Source: Mobula hypostoma (Eukaryota). Taken from it: a stretch of DNA of 64,000 nt. This document shows, in pieces, positions 50,210 to 63,208 of this stretch. A model generated the notes under the pieces. It did no database searches. It saw nothing but the letters and a program-made list of their open reading frames with translations, and was not told the origin of the DNA. Each line of letters begins with the position of its first letter. Position 1 is the stretch's first letter. The stretch lies in NCBI RefSeq assembly GCF_963921235.1, contig NC_086097.1, forward strand, positions 97,218,001 through 97,282,000, written 5' to 3'. A program made the translations under genes and the position numbers.

Positions 50210-52620
50210 GAATGGTTTATTATTGTCACAGGTACCGATGTACAGTGAAACACTTGTCTTGAACACCATCAATTCTGATCAATTCATTACAACAGTGCAT
50301 TGAGGTGGTACAAGGTAAAACAATAACAGAGTGCAGAATAAAGTATTACAGTTTACAGGGGAAGTACAGTGCTGATAGACAGCAAGGTGCAAGATCATAA
50401 TGAGGTTGACTGTGAAGTTAAGGGTCCATTTTACCATATTAGTGGACCATTCAAAAGGCTTTATAACAGTGAGATAAAAATAGTCCTTGAGCCTGGTGGT
50501 AAGTCTTCAGGCCTTTGTATCTTCTGCCCAAAGGGAGGAGGAAAAGAGAGAATGTCTGGGGTGGGTGGGGTCTTTGATTTTGCTAGTAGCTTTACCAAGG
50601 CAGCGACAAGTTTAGACAGAGTCCACAGAAGGGAGGCTGATTTTTGTGATTTGCAGAGCTGTGTCCACAATTCTCTACCGTTCCTTACAGTCATGGGAGA
50701 AGCTGTGCCATACCAGATTGCGATGCCTCTGTGCCTCAATGCATCAATAAAAATTGATGGTGGTTAAAGGAGACCTGCTAAATGTCTTTAGCCTCCTGAA
50801 GAAGTAGAAGCACTAGTGAGCTTCCTTGGCGGAGACATCAACGTGGTTGGACCAGAGCAGGCTATCGGTGATGTTCACACCTACGACCCTGGAGCTCTCA
50901 GCCCTCTCAACCTCAGCACCGAGAAGGATGTATGCTGCCCCCTCATCATGAAGTCAATTGCCAGCTCTTTTATGTTGTGGACATTGAGGAAAGGTTGTTG
51001 TAATGACTCCATGGCACTGAGCTCTCGCTCTCCTTCCTGCACTCTGACTCATCGTCATTTGAGGGGCCACTGCAGTTGCACTCATCATGTGTAAATTTGA
51101 AGCTGGAGCTGGAGCAGAATCTGGTCTGCAGGCATGAATGTGTAGGGTGTAGAGTAGGGAGCTTTGGAGGGGGAGGGGAAATTGCTGAGAATAGCCATGG
51201 CAGAGGTGTTGCTGCCTATCCTCACTGATTGTGCTCTATTGGTCAGGAAGTCAAGGATCCAGTTGCAAAGAGGATTATTGAGTTCCAAGTTTGAGTCTGG
51301 TGGTGAGACTTCTTGGAATTGTTGAAGGCAGAGCTGCAGTCAATATACAATAGTCCACAATAAATATCTTTACTGTCCAAATGCTCCAGACATGAGAGTC
51401 GGGTCAGGGAAATAGCATTTTACATAAACCTGTTTTGATGGCAGGCACATTGCAGTTGGTTGAGGTTGTCAGGGAGGCTGGAGTTAATGACCAGCTCTCG
51501 AAACACTTGATGATGCTGGATGTCAGAGCATCTGGGTGGCATTTATAAAGCCACATGACCTTGGTTTTTTTTTCAGGACCGGGACGATAGTGATCATTTT
51601 AAAGCAGCTGGGAGCCTTCTATCCAAGCAACAAGAGGTTAAAAATGTCTGCAATACTCAATCTGCTGATCTGCACAGGATCTAAGAACGCGGCCAGGAAC
51701 ACTGTCAGGGCCAATTGCTTTCTGCAGGTTCACTGTCTGGAAGTCTGATCCTACATCTGCAAAAGTGACTATGGGTTCAGGCACATTGACAACTGCCAGA
51801 GTGAGTGGTGACATTCCAATCCCCTTCTGGTTAAAACATGCATAGAATGTGTTGAGCTCATTGGGAAGGGATTTGGCGCCTGATTGTTTTGTAGCCTGTT
51901 ATAGCATGCATGCCTGATAGATGGTCTAAGACTCAGTTTTGAACTGTTTTGTTTCTTGGCATCTATGACAGCATTATGGAGGTTGTATCTCAATTTTGAG
52001 AAGATCAGCATCACCTGACTTGAACACCGCAGTCTTAGACTATATAGAGAGTGGATCCCCCAGCGGCTGGTTTGAGATTACCCTGATTGTCCTCTTTGAT
52101 ACACAATCCTCAATGTACTTGCTGATAAAGTTCACGTGCTGGTGACATAGTCATCTAGGCTGAGTGCTGAGTCTTATTCATTTTGAAGCTCATCTATTTC
52201 CACAAATCACCATTGAATGTCTTTCAGTACTGGATCCTCACATCACAGCTTCTGTTTGCATGCAGGGGGTCTGATTTACCAGGGGATGGGCTAATAATCA
52301 CCTTTGGTTGTGTAGCAATAGTCAGTGGTGTTTGTGCCTCTGACAGGGTAGGAGAAACTATCCAGATGGTGAGTAGCCTCGATGATAGATACTGCCTTCC
52401 AGAAATAGCACCTCCTGCAGATGCTGTCAGTGGCAGGCATAATGTGTTCACTACTTTCCGCAGCCTCTTGTGTTTCTGCATTGGGATTGCCTTGGCAGGC
52501 TACGATGCACTCAGTCAGGCTACTTTCAACAGTGCTTCTGTAGTGTATCTGGTGACATGTCAAATTTCCTTAAGCTTCCAAGGAAGTAGAGACACCCAGG
52601 CACTTGGTGATTGCATCTAA
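50210..52620 (-). mobile_element. Old Rex-Babar LINE remnants
   Basis: [35 protein letters not shown]; heavily frameshifted. Confidence 0.72.
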
Positions 52621-52639
52621 GTGCTTGGTCACTGCAACA

Positions 52640-53970
52640 ATGTAGAGATGGATTTAAAATATGAATGAAATCTTAATAGACAGAGTTTAGTTTGGGAAAG
52701 TGTGAGGTCATCTACTTTGGTCTGATGAATGAAAAGGTGGATTATTGTCTAAATGGAGAGTGGTTACAATTCAGTACAGAAGGATCTAGATGTTCTTGTG
52801 TATGACATATGAGATGATGAGGGAGAGGGAGAAGCGGAGAGTCCGCCATTGTGCCTGACGCCGGCCCCCTAGGCCTGAGTCGTCATAGTAGTAGTACATA
52901 CAAGAAATCAGAGGTAATGTGCAGTAAGTAGTTAAGGGGAAACACAATGCAGTGACACTTGGAATTTAGAAGTAGGGAAGTTCTGTTACAATTGCACTGG
53001 GCGCTGGTGAATTGTCACCTGGAATACTGAACAGAGTTTTGGCCCCAGTACCGAAGAAAAGATATAGTAGCAGTGGAGACAGCTAAAAAGCGATTCAGCC
53101 AGATTCAGATTCATTTATTTATTACATGTACACAGAAATGTACAGTGGAATGTGTCATTTGTGTTAACAACCAACACAATTTAAGTATGTGCTGGGGCAG
53201 TACTCAGATGTTGCCATACATTCCAGCGCCTACCTAGCATGGTCACAGTGCTTCATAGAGCACTCAACACAACAAACAACAAAACAACAACAGCAAAGCA
53301 AGCCCCTTTCCTAACTCCACCCATCCACATCTACAGACAGCCCTCCAGTCCGGGGCAGGCCTTCAGCCTCCAGTCTCCAGGTTTCAGATATCAGGCTTTG
53401 CCTTCTGGACAACTGATCTACTTTCTTGCTCCGATCATCGGTATTGACCCTTGGACTGGCCGATGATAGGACCCCAAACTCCAGACTTGAACTCCATGCC
53501 TCACGTCACTGGCCTTTGAGCAAGGAGTGAAGGCCTGACATCTAATTCCTCCACCTCCCTGTCCCTAAATCCTAACATCTGACTTCCCCACGTCACTGTC
53601 TCTAATTGCTAAACTGACTTCTAACTCGCCTTTCTATCCCCAAAGCCATCCCTGCAAACTTAAAAAAACAACTAGGTGTGAGTCACAATCTCAACAGAGA
53701 TCATTTAGAGCCCAGTTATGTTGAAGTTTCTTCTCGCAGAGACGAGTGAATCTTTTGAGTTCTCTGCCCTGAGAGGGCTATGAAAGTTAGCTCATTAGAA
53801 ATATTGAAAGTGGAGTAAAGTAGCTTTCTGAAGGATTGTGGGATTAAGGACTGTAGGGACCTCGCAGAGAGAAGGAAATGAAACCTGGAACAGATTAACC
53901 ATAATCATATTGAACAGCAGGGCAAACTTGATGGGCTGAGTGGCCTATTATTGTTCCTATTTTCTTGTGT
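52640..53970 (+). mobile_element. Old CR1 3' remnants with a nested insertion
   Basis: Decayed KCEV.YFG and HLEY..QFW codons; CR1-type 3' end near 53940. Confidence 0.55.
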
Positions 53971-56096
53971 ACATCTTTGAAATTATTTTTGTAGTAAATG
54001 TTATTGCACAGCTATGAGTAGAAAGTGTATAGAGTTGGACTCTGATGATATCAGAGCCCTAGTATTACAGTGAATCTAGCGCTGGGTGAGCACAGCATGC
54101 ACAGATCTTTGCAGCAAAGGACTGTATAATTATCAAAGTGTCCTGAAGGTATTTAATGATGACATATACTATACGCTGTACAAATAGTCTCTGTTTTGGT
54201 TTTGTGTGTAATATTTCATGGTGCTTCAGTCAGTACTAGTTCATAAAGTTCTATCCACATGTCAATTGTAAAACAACAGAAGCAGAAAAGTATTTGTAAG
54301 AAGGTGGACATGAGAAATATTATGCAGAGCTGGGAGGTGTTATGGAAGTTTAGGGTCATGTTAGTCTGAACTTCCAGTGTGAGTAGATTTACGAAACTTT
54401 CAGGCTTGGGTTTCCTTGCCTTTGGGTGAATTCAACAACTACCGTCATTTGGTATGTATAATGTATCAATCATCGCAATGAGGCTAATGTCACATATAAA
54501 AGGACTACTTGTCGAATCAGAATTGGAAAGACAATGGCACTTTCTGTCTGAGGATTGTTAGATTAAGAAGGGAGGTCTCTGCTCTGTCACAGCCTAGTGT
54601 TTCCTTTTTTTAAAATACAAAGAGCATCAAATATTGCAACCACTTTGCTGATGTCACCAACCCAGCTATCATCAAAATAGGAACACAAAAATGTAAGGAA
54701 TAAGAGCAGGAATAGCCCAAAAATCCCATGAAACCTGCTCTGTAGTTCAACAAGATCTTCACTGGTCCAATTGTTGTTCTCATTTCTATTTCCTTACTAA
54801 CTCCTTACAGTGCCTCAGAAGGCATATCTTATGAGGGAGCTTTGGGAAGGTGAGGCTTGTGACCACTAGGGTTTAGAGGAATGGGAGGGACCTGAGTCTG
54901 AAAGGTCTTGACAAGCTGGATGTGAAGAAGATGTTTCCTGTTCTGTTTCTGGAAGAATCCAGAACTAGGGGTCACATTTTAAAAAGAGAGTAACCAATTT
55001 AGAGAAGAGATGATGCATTTTTGTTTGCTCTCAGTCATAACTCTTTGGATCTCAAAAGGAAAATTGAAGTCGAGTCATTAAATACTTTTGTGGCCAAGGT
55101 TCTTAATGAGTGTAAGGGCTTAGGTATTCTGGAAAGTGGAGTGGGAAGGATCAGATCAGCAAATCCACAATAAGGCAGTGTTTGTGAGACCGAGTGGTTT
55201 GTTCTTGCTCGTCATTAAATTTGGATGAAACCATTGGTTCATTATTATCTCTTTGCCTTGATGATACAGTATCTCCGGGTTGGAGAATTCCAAAGAATCA
55301 CACAGCTCTCTCCAAGAAGAAATCCCTCATTTTTTTTTTAAGTGTCCATTCCACTGCCCTGAGACACTGCATGGTATTCCTTTGTTCTAGACTTTCCTAC
55401 CGGGGGGGAAAAGAAAAACCTCTTCACAGCATCTCCTCGCCAACCCTCACAGAATTTTCATGATTCAAAGAGATCTTCCCTTGTTCTTCCAAATTCCAGA
55501 GAACCTCACCTGAAAACTCACGAATTTAAAAAGGGGACACGTCAGCGTAGACAATCAAAAACTGGGGGAAGACCAAACAGTAAATTCCTGCGTTAAATTT
55601 TAACTCATTTAACAATTTTAAAAACCTTTAAGGGAAGGAGACTTTACAAATTTTACTGTGAATTTGGCACAAAAATGATTTAAAACAAGCATAAAATGCA
55701 GAGCTGTCTCAGAAAAAAATATTTAAAGCATTGTAGAGAGTTGTTGAAGAACTTTGGTACAATTTGCATTTGAAAACATGGTCACAGTTTAATCCCTGAA
55801 GGGTATTCACAGTCACAGGTTGGGGTGTAGAGAGATTTATACATAGTGGGACTGATAGGGAGATGAATTATAAGAATGAGATGTGCCACTCAGCTGGAGA
55901 AAACCTCTTAAACCACAAAACATGTTTACACTCAAATTGCAGCCACTCCTCCACAAGTACAGAAAGGAACTTTGTCATCATAAAATAGTCTGTGAACATC
56001 AAATGACGTCAGTTTGCAATGCACCAAACATTTCAAACAGTAACAGAGTATCTGTAGCAGAACGGACTGTGGAAAAGGAACAGAAATTATTGTTCA

Positions 56097-56925
56097 AAGT
56101 TGTTGGTGAACACAGCAGGCCAAGCAGCATCTCTAGGAAGAGGTACAGTCGACGTTTCAGGCCGAGATCCTTCGTCAGGACTAACTGAAGGAAGAGCTAG
56201 TAAGAGATTTGAAAGTGGGAGGGGGAGATCCAAAATGATAGGAGAAGACAGGAGGGGGAGGGATGGAGCCAAGAGCTGGACAGGTGATTGGCAAAAGTGA
56301 TATGAGAGGAACATGGGACAGGAGGCCCAGGGAGAAAGAAAAGGGTGGGGGGGGAATCCAGAGGATGGGCAAGGGGTATAGTGAGAGGGACAGAGGGAGA
56401 AAAAGGAGAGAGAAAGAAAGAATGTGTGTATATAAATAAATAACGGATGGGGTACGAGGGGGAGGTGGGGCATTAGCGGAAGTTTGAGAAGTCAATGTTC
56501 ATGTCATCAGGTTGGAGGCTACCCAGACGGAATATAAGGTGTTGTTCCTCCAACCGGAGTGTGGCTTCATCTTTACAGTAGAGGAGGCCATGGATAGACA
56601 TGTCAGAGTGGGAATGGGATGTGGAATTAAAATGTGTGGCCACTGGGAGATCCTGTTTTCTCTGGCGGACAGAGCGTAGGTGTTCAGCAAAGCAGTCTCC
56701 CAGTCTGCGTTGGGTCTCGCCAATATATAGAAGGCCACATCGGGAGCACTGGACGCAGTATATCACCCCAGCCGACTCACAGGTGAAGTGTCGCCTCACC
56801 TGGAAGGACTGTCTGGGGCCCTGAATGGTGGTAAGGGAGGAAGTGTAAGGGCATGTGTAGCACTTGTTCCGCTTACAAGGATATTGGCAAGACCCGACAC
56901 AGACTGGGAGACCGCTTTGCTGACC
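56097..56925 (-). mobile_element. Penelope-like 3' fragment (GIY-YIG + terminus) with short inverted 5' piece
   Basis: CKRNKCYTCPY...GVIYCVQCSRCGLLYIGET...MNIDFSNFR*; 56887-56925 is plus-strand Penelope sequence. Confidence 0.92.
56146..56187 (-). ncRNA. Minimal type I hammerhead ribozyme, best-preserved copy
   Basis: Minus strand: uagtc-CUGACGA-agg(aucucgg)ccu-GAAA-c-GUC-gacug; palindromic ACGU in helix III; predicted cut between 56151 and 56150. Confidence 0.8.
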
Positions 56926-56949
56926 GCTTTTTTGGGAAGAATCCGGAGA

Positions 56950-58490
56950 ATTGGCCTCCACTGCCTTCTGAGGCAGAGCATTCCACAGAACCACAACCCT
57001 CTGTGTGAAAAAGGTTTTCCTCAACTCTGTTCTAAATGGTCTACCCCTTATTCTTAAACTGTGGCCTCTGGTTCTGGACTCCCCCAACATCGGGAATATG
57101 TTTCCTGCCTCTAGCGTGTCCAATCCCTTAATAATCTTGTATGTTTCAATCAGATTCCCTCTCATCCTTCTAAATTCCAGTGTATACAAGCCCAGTCGCT
57201 CCAGTCTTTCAACATATGACAGTCCCGCCATCCCGGGAATTAACCTGGTGAAGCTACGCTGCACTCCCTCAGTAGCTAGAATGTCCTTCCTCAAATTTGG
57301 AGACTAAAACCATACGTAATATTCCAGGTGTGGTCTCACCAGAGCCCTGTACAACTGCAGATGGACCTCTTTGCTCCTATACTCAATTCCCCTTATTATG
57401 AAGGCCAGCATGCCATTAGCTTTCTTCACTGCCTGCTGTACATGCATGCTTACTTTCAGTGACTGATGAACAAGGACACCAAGATCTCATTGTACTTCCC
57501 CTTTTCCTAAATTGACACCATTCAGATAGTAATCTGCCTTCCTGTTCTTGCCACCAAAGTGGATAACCTCACATTTATCCACATTAAACTGCATCTGCCA
57601 TGCATCTGCCCACTCACCCAACCTGTCCAAGTCTCCCTGCATTCTCATAACATCCTCCTCACATTTCACACTGCCACCCAGCTTTGTCATCTGCAGATTT
57701 GCTAATGTTACTTTTAATCCCTTCATCTAAATCATTAACGTATATCGTAAATAGCTGTGGTCCCAGCACCGAGCCTTGCGGTACCCCACTAGTCACTGCC
57801 TGCCATTCTGAAAAGGACCCATTAATCCCTACTCTTTGTTTCCTGTCTGCCAGCCAATTTTCTATCCATGTCAGTACCCTGTCCCCAATACCATTTGCTC
57901 TCATTTTGCACATTAACCTCCTATGTGGGACCTTATCAAAGGTTTTCTGAAAGTCCAGGTACACTACATCCACTGGCTTTCCCATGTCCATTTTCATAGT
58001 TACATTCTCAAAAAATTCCAGAAGATCAGTCAAGCATGATTTCCCCTTCGTAAATCCATGCTGACTCGGACCTATCCTGCTACTGCTATCCAAATATGCT
58101 GCTATTTCATCCTTTATAATTGATTCCAGCATCTTCCCCACCACTGATGTCAGACGAACTGGTCTATAATTGCCTATTTTTTCTCTCTCCCTCCTTTCTT
58201 AAAAAGTGGGATAACATTAGCTACCCTCCAATCCGCAGGAACTGATCCTAGTCATACTTTACTTCATTGATCCCGGGGGAGATTGGTTTTCGTTACAGTT
58301 GCACCAACCAAGAATTAGAGTATAAATCTATATTTATAGAATCTATAGAACATTGGAAAATGACTACCAATGCGTCCACGATTTCTAGAGCCACCTCCTT
58401 AAGTACCCTTGGATGCAGACCATCATTCCCCGGGGATTTATCAACCTTCAGTCCCATCAGTTTACTCAACACCTTTTTGTGCCTGATGCA
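56950..58490 (-). mobile_element. CR1 ORF2 fragment
   Basis: [42 protein letters not shown]; short foreign insertion at about 58250-58335. Confidence 0.93.
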
Positions 58491-59729
58491 AATGGACCCC
58501 TCAGCTAATGGCAAGTCTCCATGGCGTAAATAAAGGTTGGAAACCCCTGCTGTTAAATGTTGCCATTGTATCTGTTTCTACCACTTCCCTAGGCAGTGCA
58601 TTCCAGTTACCCACTGCTCTGCATGAAAATCTTGTCTCATATTTCTGCTTTAAACACTCACCCCCCCCCACCCCCCACCTTAAAGCTATGTATTTGACTT
58701 CATTGACACAGGGAAAAGACTCTATCTATTTAGACCTCTCAATTTTATAAACTTCTCTCGGGTTGCCCTCCAGGGAAAACAACTTAAGTTTGTCCAACCT
58801 CTTATGGCTCCTACTCTCCATTGCAAGCAACAGCTGGTGAACCCCTTCTGTCCTCTCTCCAAACCACCCTCATACTTCCTGCAACGAAATGCACACATAT
58901 ATAGCCTCAGCAAAGTTTTTCCCAGCTGCAACATGACATCCTGACTTTATACCAATGAAGGTAAGTACTCTATACGCTTTCTGTACCACCCCTTCCACTT
59001 GCTTTGCTACTTTCAGGGGACCATAGATTTCTGTCAGGTGCCTCTGTACATCAATGCTCTAAAGGGCCCTGTCATCAGATGAACATTTTCAGAGAACTGC
59101 TTCTGAAGAGCTACTGCCCGAAACATGGTCTAGATCTCCTGTTTGAGTTCTTTTGAAGATCAATTGGAAGCTAAAGATGGACTCACCCTGGATGTAGGGT
59201 GTGGTATTGGGAAGCCACAGTGACTGTGTAAGTATGAGACAACATATTATGGAAATTCATGGTGAAAAATGAGCCCAAGACAGACACAATTACTTGACAA
59301 CACATCATGAAGTGGTTAAAATAGCTCAGGGAGAGATAACAGTTCAAAGCACTATGACAAACCTTGTACTGAAACTGGTTCAGAAACAATCAGACAGTGA
59401 AAATATTTGGGCATTTTTTAAAAACAAATTGAAGCTAGGAATTCGAAAGGATTGATGGATGAGATAACTGAAAGCGAAGATCTGACTTTACAGTTGCCAC
59501 CTATCAATGAATAATTTTGAAAAAATGCTCTGGAAAAACATCTTTCATATTTGTTTCACATTGAAGCTTTGCCTATACAGTAACTAATATATAACATGCA
59601 GTTGAAAACAGCCCTTTTGGACAACTAAAATACATTTCTACCTCCTTATTCTAACTTGATTGAGATCTGTTCAGTCAATTCAGCACGGACTAGAAGGGCC
59701 TGTTTCCATGCTGTAATTGTTATTATGGT

Positions 59730-60200
59730 TATTAGATTAGATTAGATTCAACTTTATTGTCATTGTGCTGAGTACAGATACAAAACCAATGAAATGCATT
59801 TAGCATCTGACCAGAAATGCAAAGAATAGTGTTATTTACAAAATAACTGTGAATAAAAAAAAGTGCTACAGCACACAAATATAAAAATACTGAGACAGTA
59901 CAATACAGATGCAACTGCTTAGCACTGTGATGAGAGGTTCAGCAGTGTCACAGCCTCAGGGAAGAAACTCTTCCTGTGCCTGCTGGTGCGGGAGCAGAGG
60001 CTCCTGTAGCGCCTACCGGATGGGAGGAGAGTAAAAAGTCCATGGTCAGGGTGAGATGCATCCCTGATAATGCTTTTCGCCCTGCCCAGGCAGCATTTAT
60101 GGTAGATGTTCTCAATGGTGGGCAATTGGGTGCCGATAATCCGCTGGGCAGTTTTCACCACATGCTGGGGTGCTTTGCGGTCCGATATGGGACAATAAGC
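59730..60200 (-). mobile_element. Rex-Babar 3' end
   Basis: IIRDASHPDHGLFTLLPSGRRYRS; AATAAA and (ATCTA)n tail. Confidence 0.88.
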
Positions 60201-60854
60201 ATGAATGCCTTCAGGTAGAGATGCTGAAATTCATAGAACCAATGCAGAAGGCTTGGGTAGGTCATGATGATTAAGAATACATTTTCTCACTGGAAATGAA
60301 TAAATTTCACACACATTGATTATAACATGCATCATTGAAGCACCTATTGGGTGTAACACGATCACAATAAACACAGTAACGAAACAAAATCTTTAGAAAA
60401 GAATAAAAATAGGACGTTGAGGTTAAGTGAATAAAGCTTGAGAGTGTCAGATTAAAAATATCTCACCCTCAAGACAGGGATTTACAAGTGTTAATTTAAG
60501 CAAACAAAAGCAGTTTTTCAATGCATAGTACAATTTTATGATGTTCCTATGCACCCTAGTGTTTAACATTGTTCCTGCAATGGACCTCCGTTGGTAAAGA
60601 TTGTTAAAGCAAAGGCAACAGGTATTGATGCTATTGAAAAGATGTAAGACCATGAATCAAAAATTGATCAGTTAAGTCAAAAATGGTGCTAACTGCAAAT
60701 CATGTGCTGAACAGTTCTGTTTAAAACCTTCCAGCTTTGAAAGTGGAAGCACTACTCTAAAATGCAAAACTGTGGTATTTTGTTGGGGCCAGATAAATGC
60801 TGATAAAATATAGTCATCATCTCTTACCCTAACAGCAAACACATCTTTACCCTT

Positions 60855-61180
60855 CCTTCATGGTCTTCTGTCCTCTCCTATCAGATTCTCCCTTTTCCAG
60901 CCTTTTGTCTCTTTCACCAATCAAATTCTCAGCTCTTTACTTTACCCCACCCCCTCTCCCGCTTTCACCTATCACCTCCACCTTGTACTTCTTCCTCCCC
61001 TCCCCCCCACCTTTATTAATCTGACTTCTTCCCTTTCTTTCCAGTCCTGATGAAGGGCCTTCACCCCAAAACGTCGACTGTACTCTTTTCCATAGATGCT
61101 GCCTGGCCAGCTGAGTTCCTCCAGCATTTTGTGTGTGTTGCTCAGATTTCCAGCATCTGCAGATTTTCTCGTGTTTGTGA
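60855..61180 (+). mobile_element. Penelope-like terminal repeat
   Basis: Pyrimidine-rich tract, hammerhead motif and gatgctgcctggccagctgagttcctccagca tail. Confidence 0.8.
61042..61080 (+). ncRNA. Hammerhead motif with G-to-A lesion in GAAA
   Basis: cagtc-CUGAUGA-agggccuucacccc-AAAA-c-GUC-gacug; perfect 5-bp helix I. Confidence 0.6.
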
Positions 61181-61254
61181 TTTACTGATTCACAGCGAAG
61201 TCCGTTCGAGAAGTGCCGACCTTGAAGAAGTTAAAATCTTCCCTTTGATGGGAG

Positions 61255-63208
61255 ATCAGTGAAACCATCTCTCACCACTCCCTCTGTGAGATCTCTGATG
61301 CCCTCCAACTCTATGACTGTGTGCTCACCCAGACCTGCTACCACAGCCATGTATCCCCCCTGGGAACTTGTCTTCACCACCATCTTGTGGCCACATGGTT
61401 TCCAAATCCATTTTCAGGCTCCTCGGTTTGGACCCACTGAGGACTCCAGATGCTCTCGTTCATTTGACTGCTTCTCCCTCCACTATGAGGAGATTCTGGT
61501 GGCCCTGTCTCAGTCACTGCCACAGCTCCAGGATTCTCTCTCCTCCACCTGCAATAGACTTCTCCGATACTTTATCTTCCACCAGATCCACACTTTCAAC
61601 CATTGGTTCTTTGCCTTCCTTACATCCAGCAAGGATGGGAAGGTCACCCATCTCCAGCAAGGATGGGAAGATCGCCCATCTCCAGCCTGCAGAACCCAGC
61701 ATCTCCAACTCCAGCCACCTTGGGTGCCTCCTGCTTGGACCTCAACACCACCTGATGCCCCCAGATCATGAATCTCTCTGAATCCATCCCCAGCCCCAAT
61801 CTCTGTACTGGTGACATTAACATTGCCAGCAGCGGTTCCAACAATTCCGAGTGGATGCAGATAATGGATTCCATCACCATCAATGCCAGATTCTACGATC
61901 CCGCACATCTTCAAACTGCTAATTACTCAACATTGAAGTCAAGCTCCAGCTTGGAAATTGACCGACAACACCTCCAGGCCAAAACTTTGTGTTGCCAGCA
62001 GACTCTCCATCTCCCTTTCCCCCACCATCGGTCTGTAATCCCGTGTCTCTCAGGCCTGACCATCAACTATTGGGTCCTCAGATCCTCCATCTTCCTCCCA
62101 CCCCACCTTCCCCAAACACCCCAACCCTCCTTTCTCCTCAGACACTACCAACCTTCTTCCCCCCTCCAATTCCAGCTCTCATCCGTGCTGGGTCTTCACC
62201 ATCCCCTCTGACCTTCCCCTCTCTGAGGCAGAACACTCTGTCCTCACTAAGGGTCTCACATTTGTCACCTCAGTGAGTTCTACACCTGCCAAGATGCCAA
62301 GTTCTTCTTCTGTCTCCATACCTGCTTCCTTGGCAAGGATTCTGCTGCCCACACTGCTGACACCTTGTCCCGACTTCAACCCTCCTCCTATTTTTGGACA
62401 CCCTGCTTTGATTTTCTTCCTGCTATGGAGCTTTTCATTGTTAACTGCTGATGAGACATCAATCATCTCAACTTTAATACTCCTCTCTCCAATTCAACCC
62501 TCACTCCCTTTGAACACTTTGCTCTCCACTCTCTTCACACTAATCCTAACCTCGCCATCAAACCCATAGATAACAGAGGTGCTGTGTAGTCTGCTAGGCT
62601 AACCTCTACCTTGCTGAGGCCAGGTGACAACTCTCAGACATCTCCTCTTACTTACCCCTTACACAGGACCTCACTAAGAAGCATCAGGCCATTAACTTCC
62701 GCTCCGTCACTGACCTCATCGACTCTGTGGGGGTGGTCTCCCATCCATTGGCAAGAACCTCATAGTTCCCTTACCCCACACCTCCTGGTTCTACCTCCTT
62801 CCCAAGCTCCACAAACTTGACTGTCCAGGTAGATCCATTGTTTCTGCCTGCTCCTGCCCCACAAAACTTGTGTCTGCATACCTCAACTCTGTTTTACCCC
62901 CTAATGACTTTAAGTTCCCTGGCCCCAGTTGTTGCATCTTCACTATGGATCTCCAGTCTCTGTACACTTCTATTCCCCATCAGGAGGGCCTTAAAGTTCT
63001 CCACTTCCTTCTGGACAACAGACCCAACCAGTTCCCCCACCTCCACCACCACTCTTCTCCATCCTGGCAGGACTGGTCCTTGCCCTCAACAGTAACTCCT
63101 TTGGTTCCTCACACTTCCTTCAATCCAAAAGTGTAGTTATGGGCACCTGTACGGGGCCCAGCTATGCCTACCTTTTCATCAGCTACATCCAACAGCCCAT
63201 CTTCCAAT
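61255..63208 (+). mobile_element. Older Penelope-like element, N-terminal and RT region, decayed
   Basis: IFTMDLQSLYTSIPHQEGLKVLHFLLDNRPNQFP; GTCTGPSYAYLF-like codons at about 63140. Confidence 0.8.

Noticed and set aside
61625..61680. 28-nt tandem duplication
   Set aside because: Local slippage inside a decayed Penelope element.
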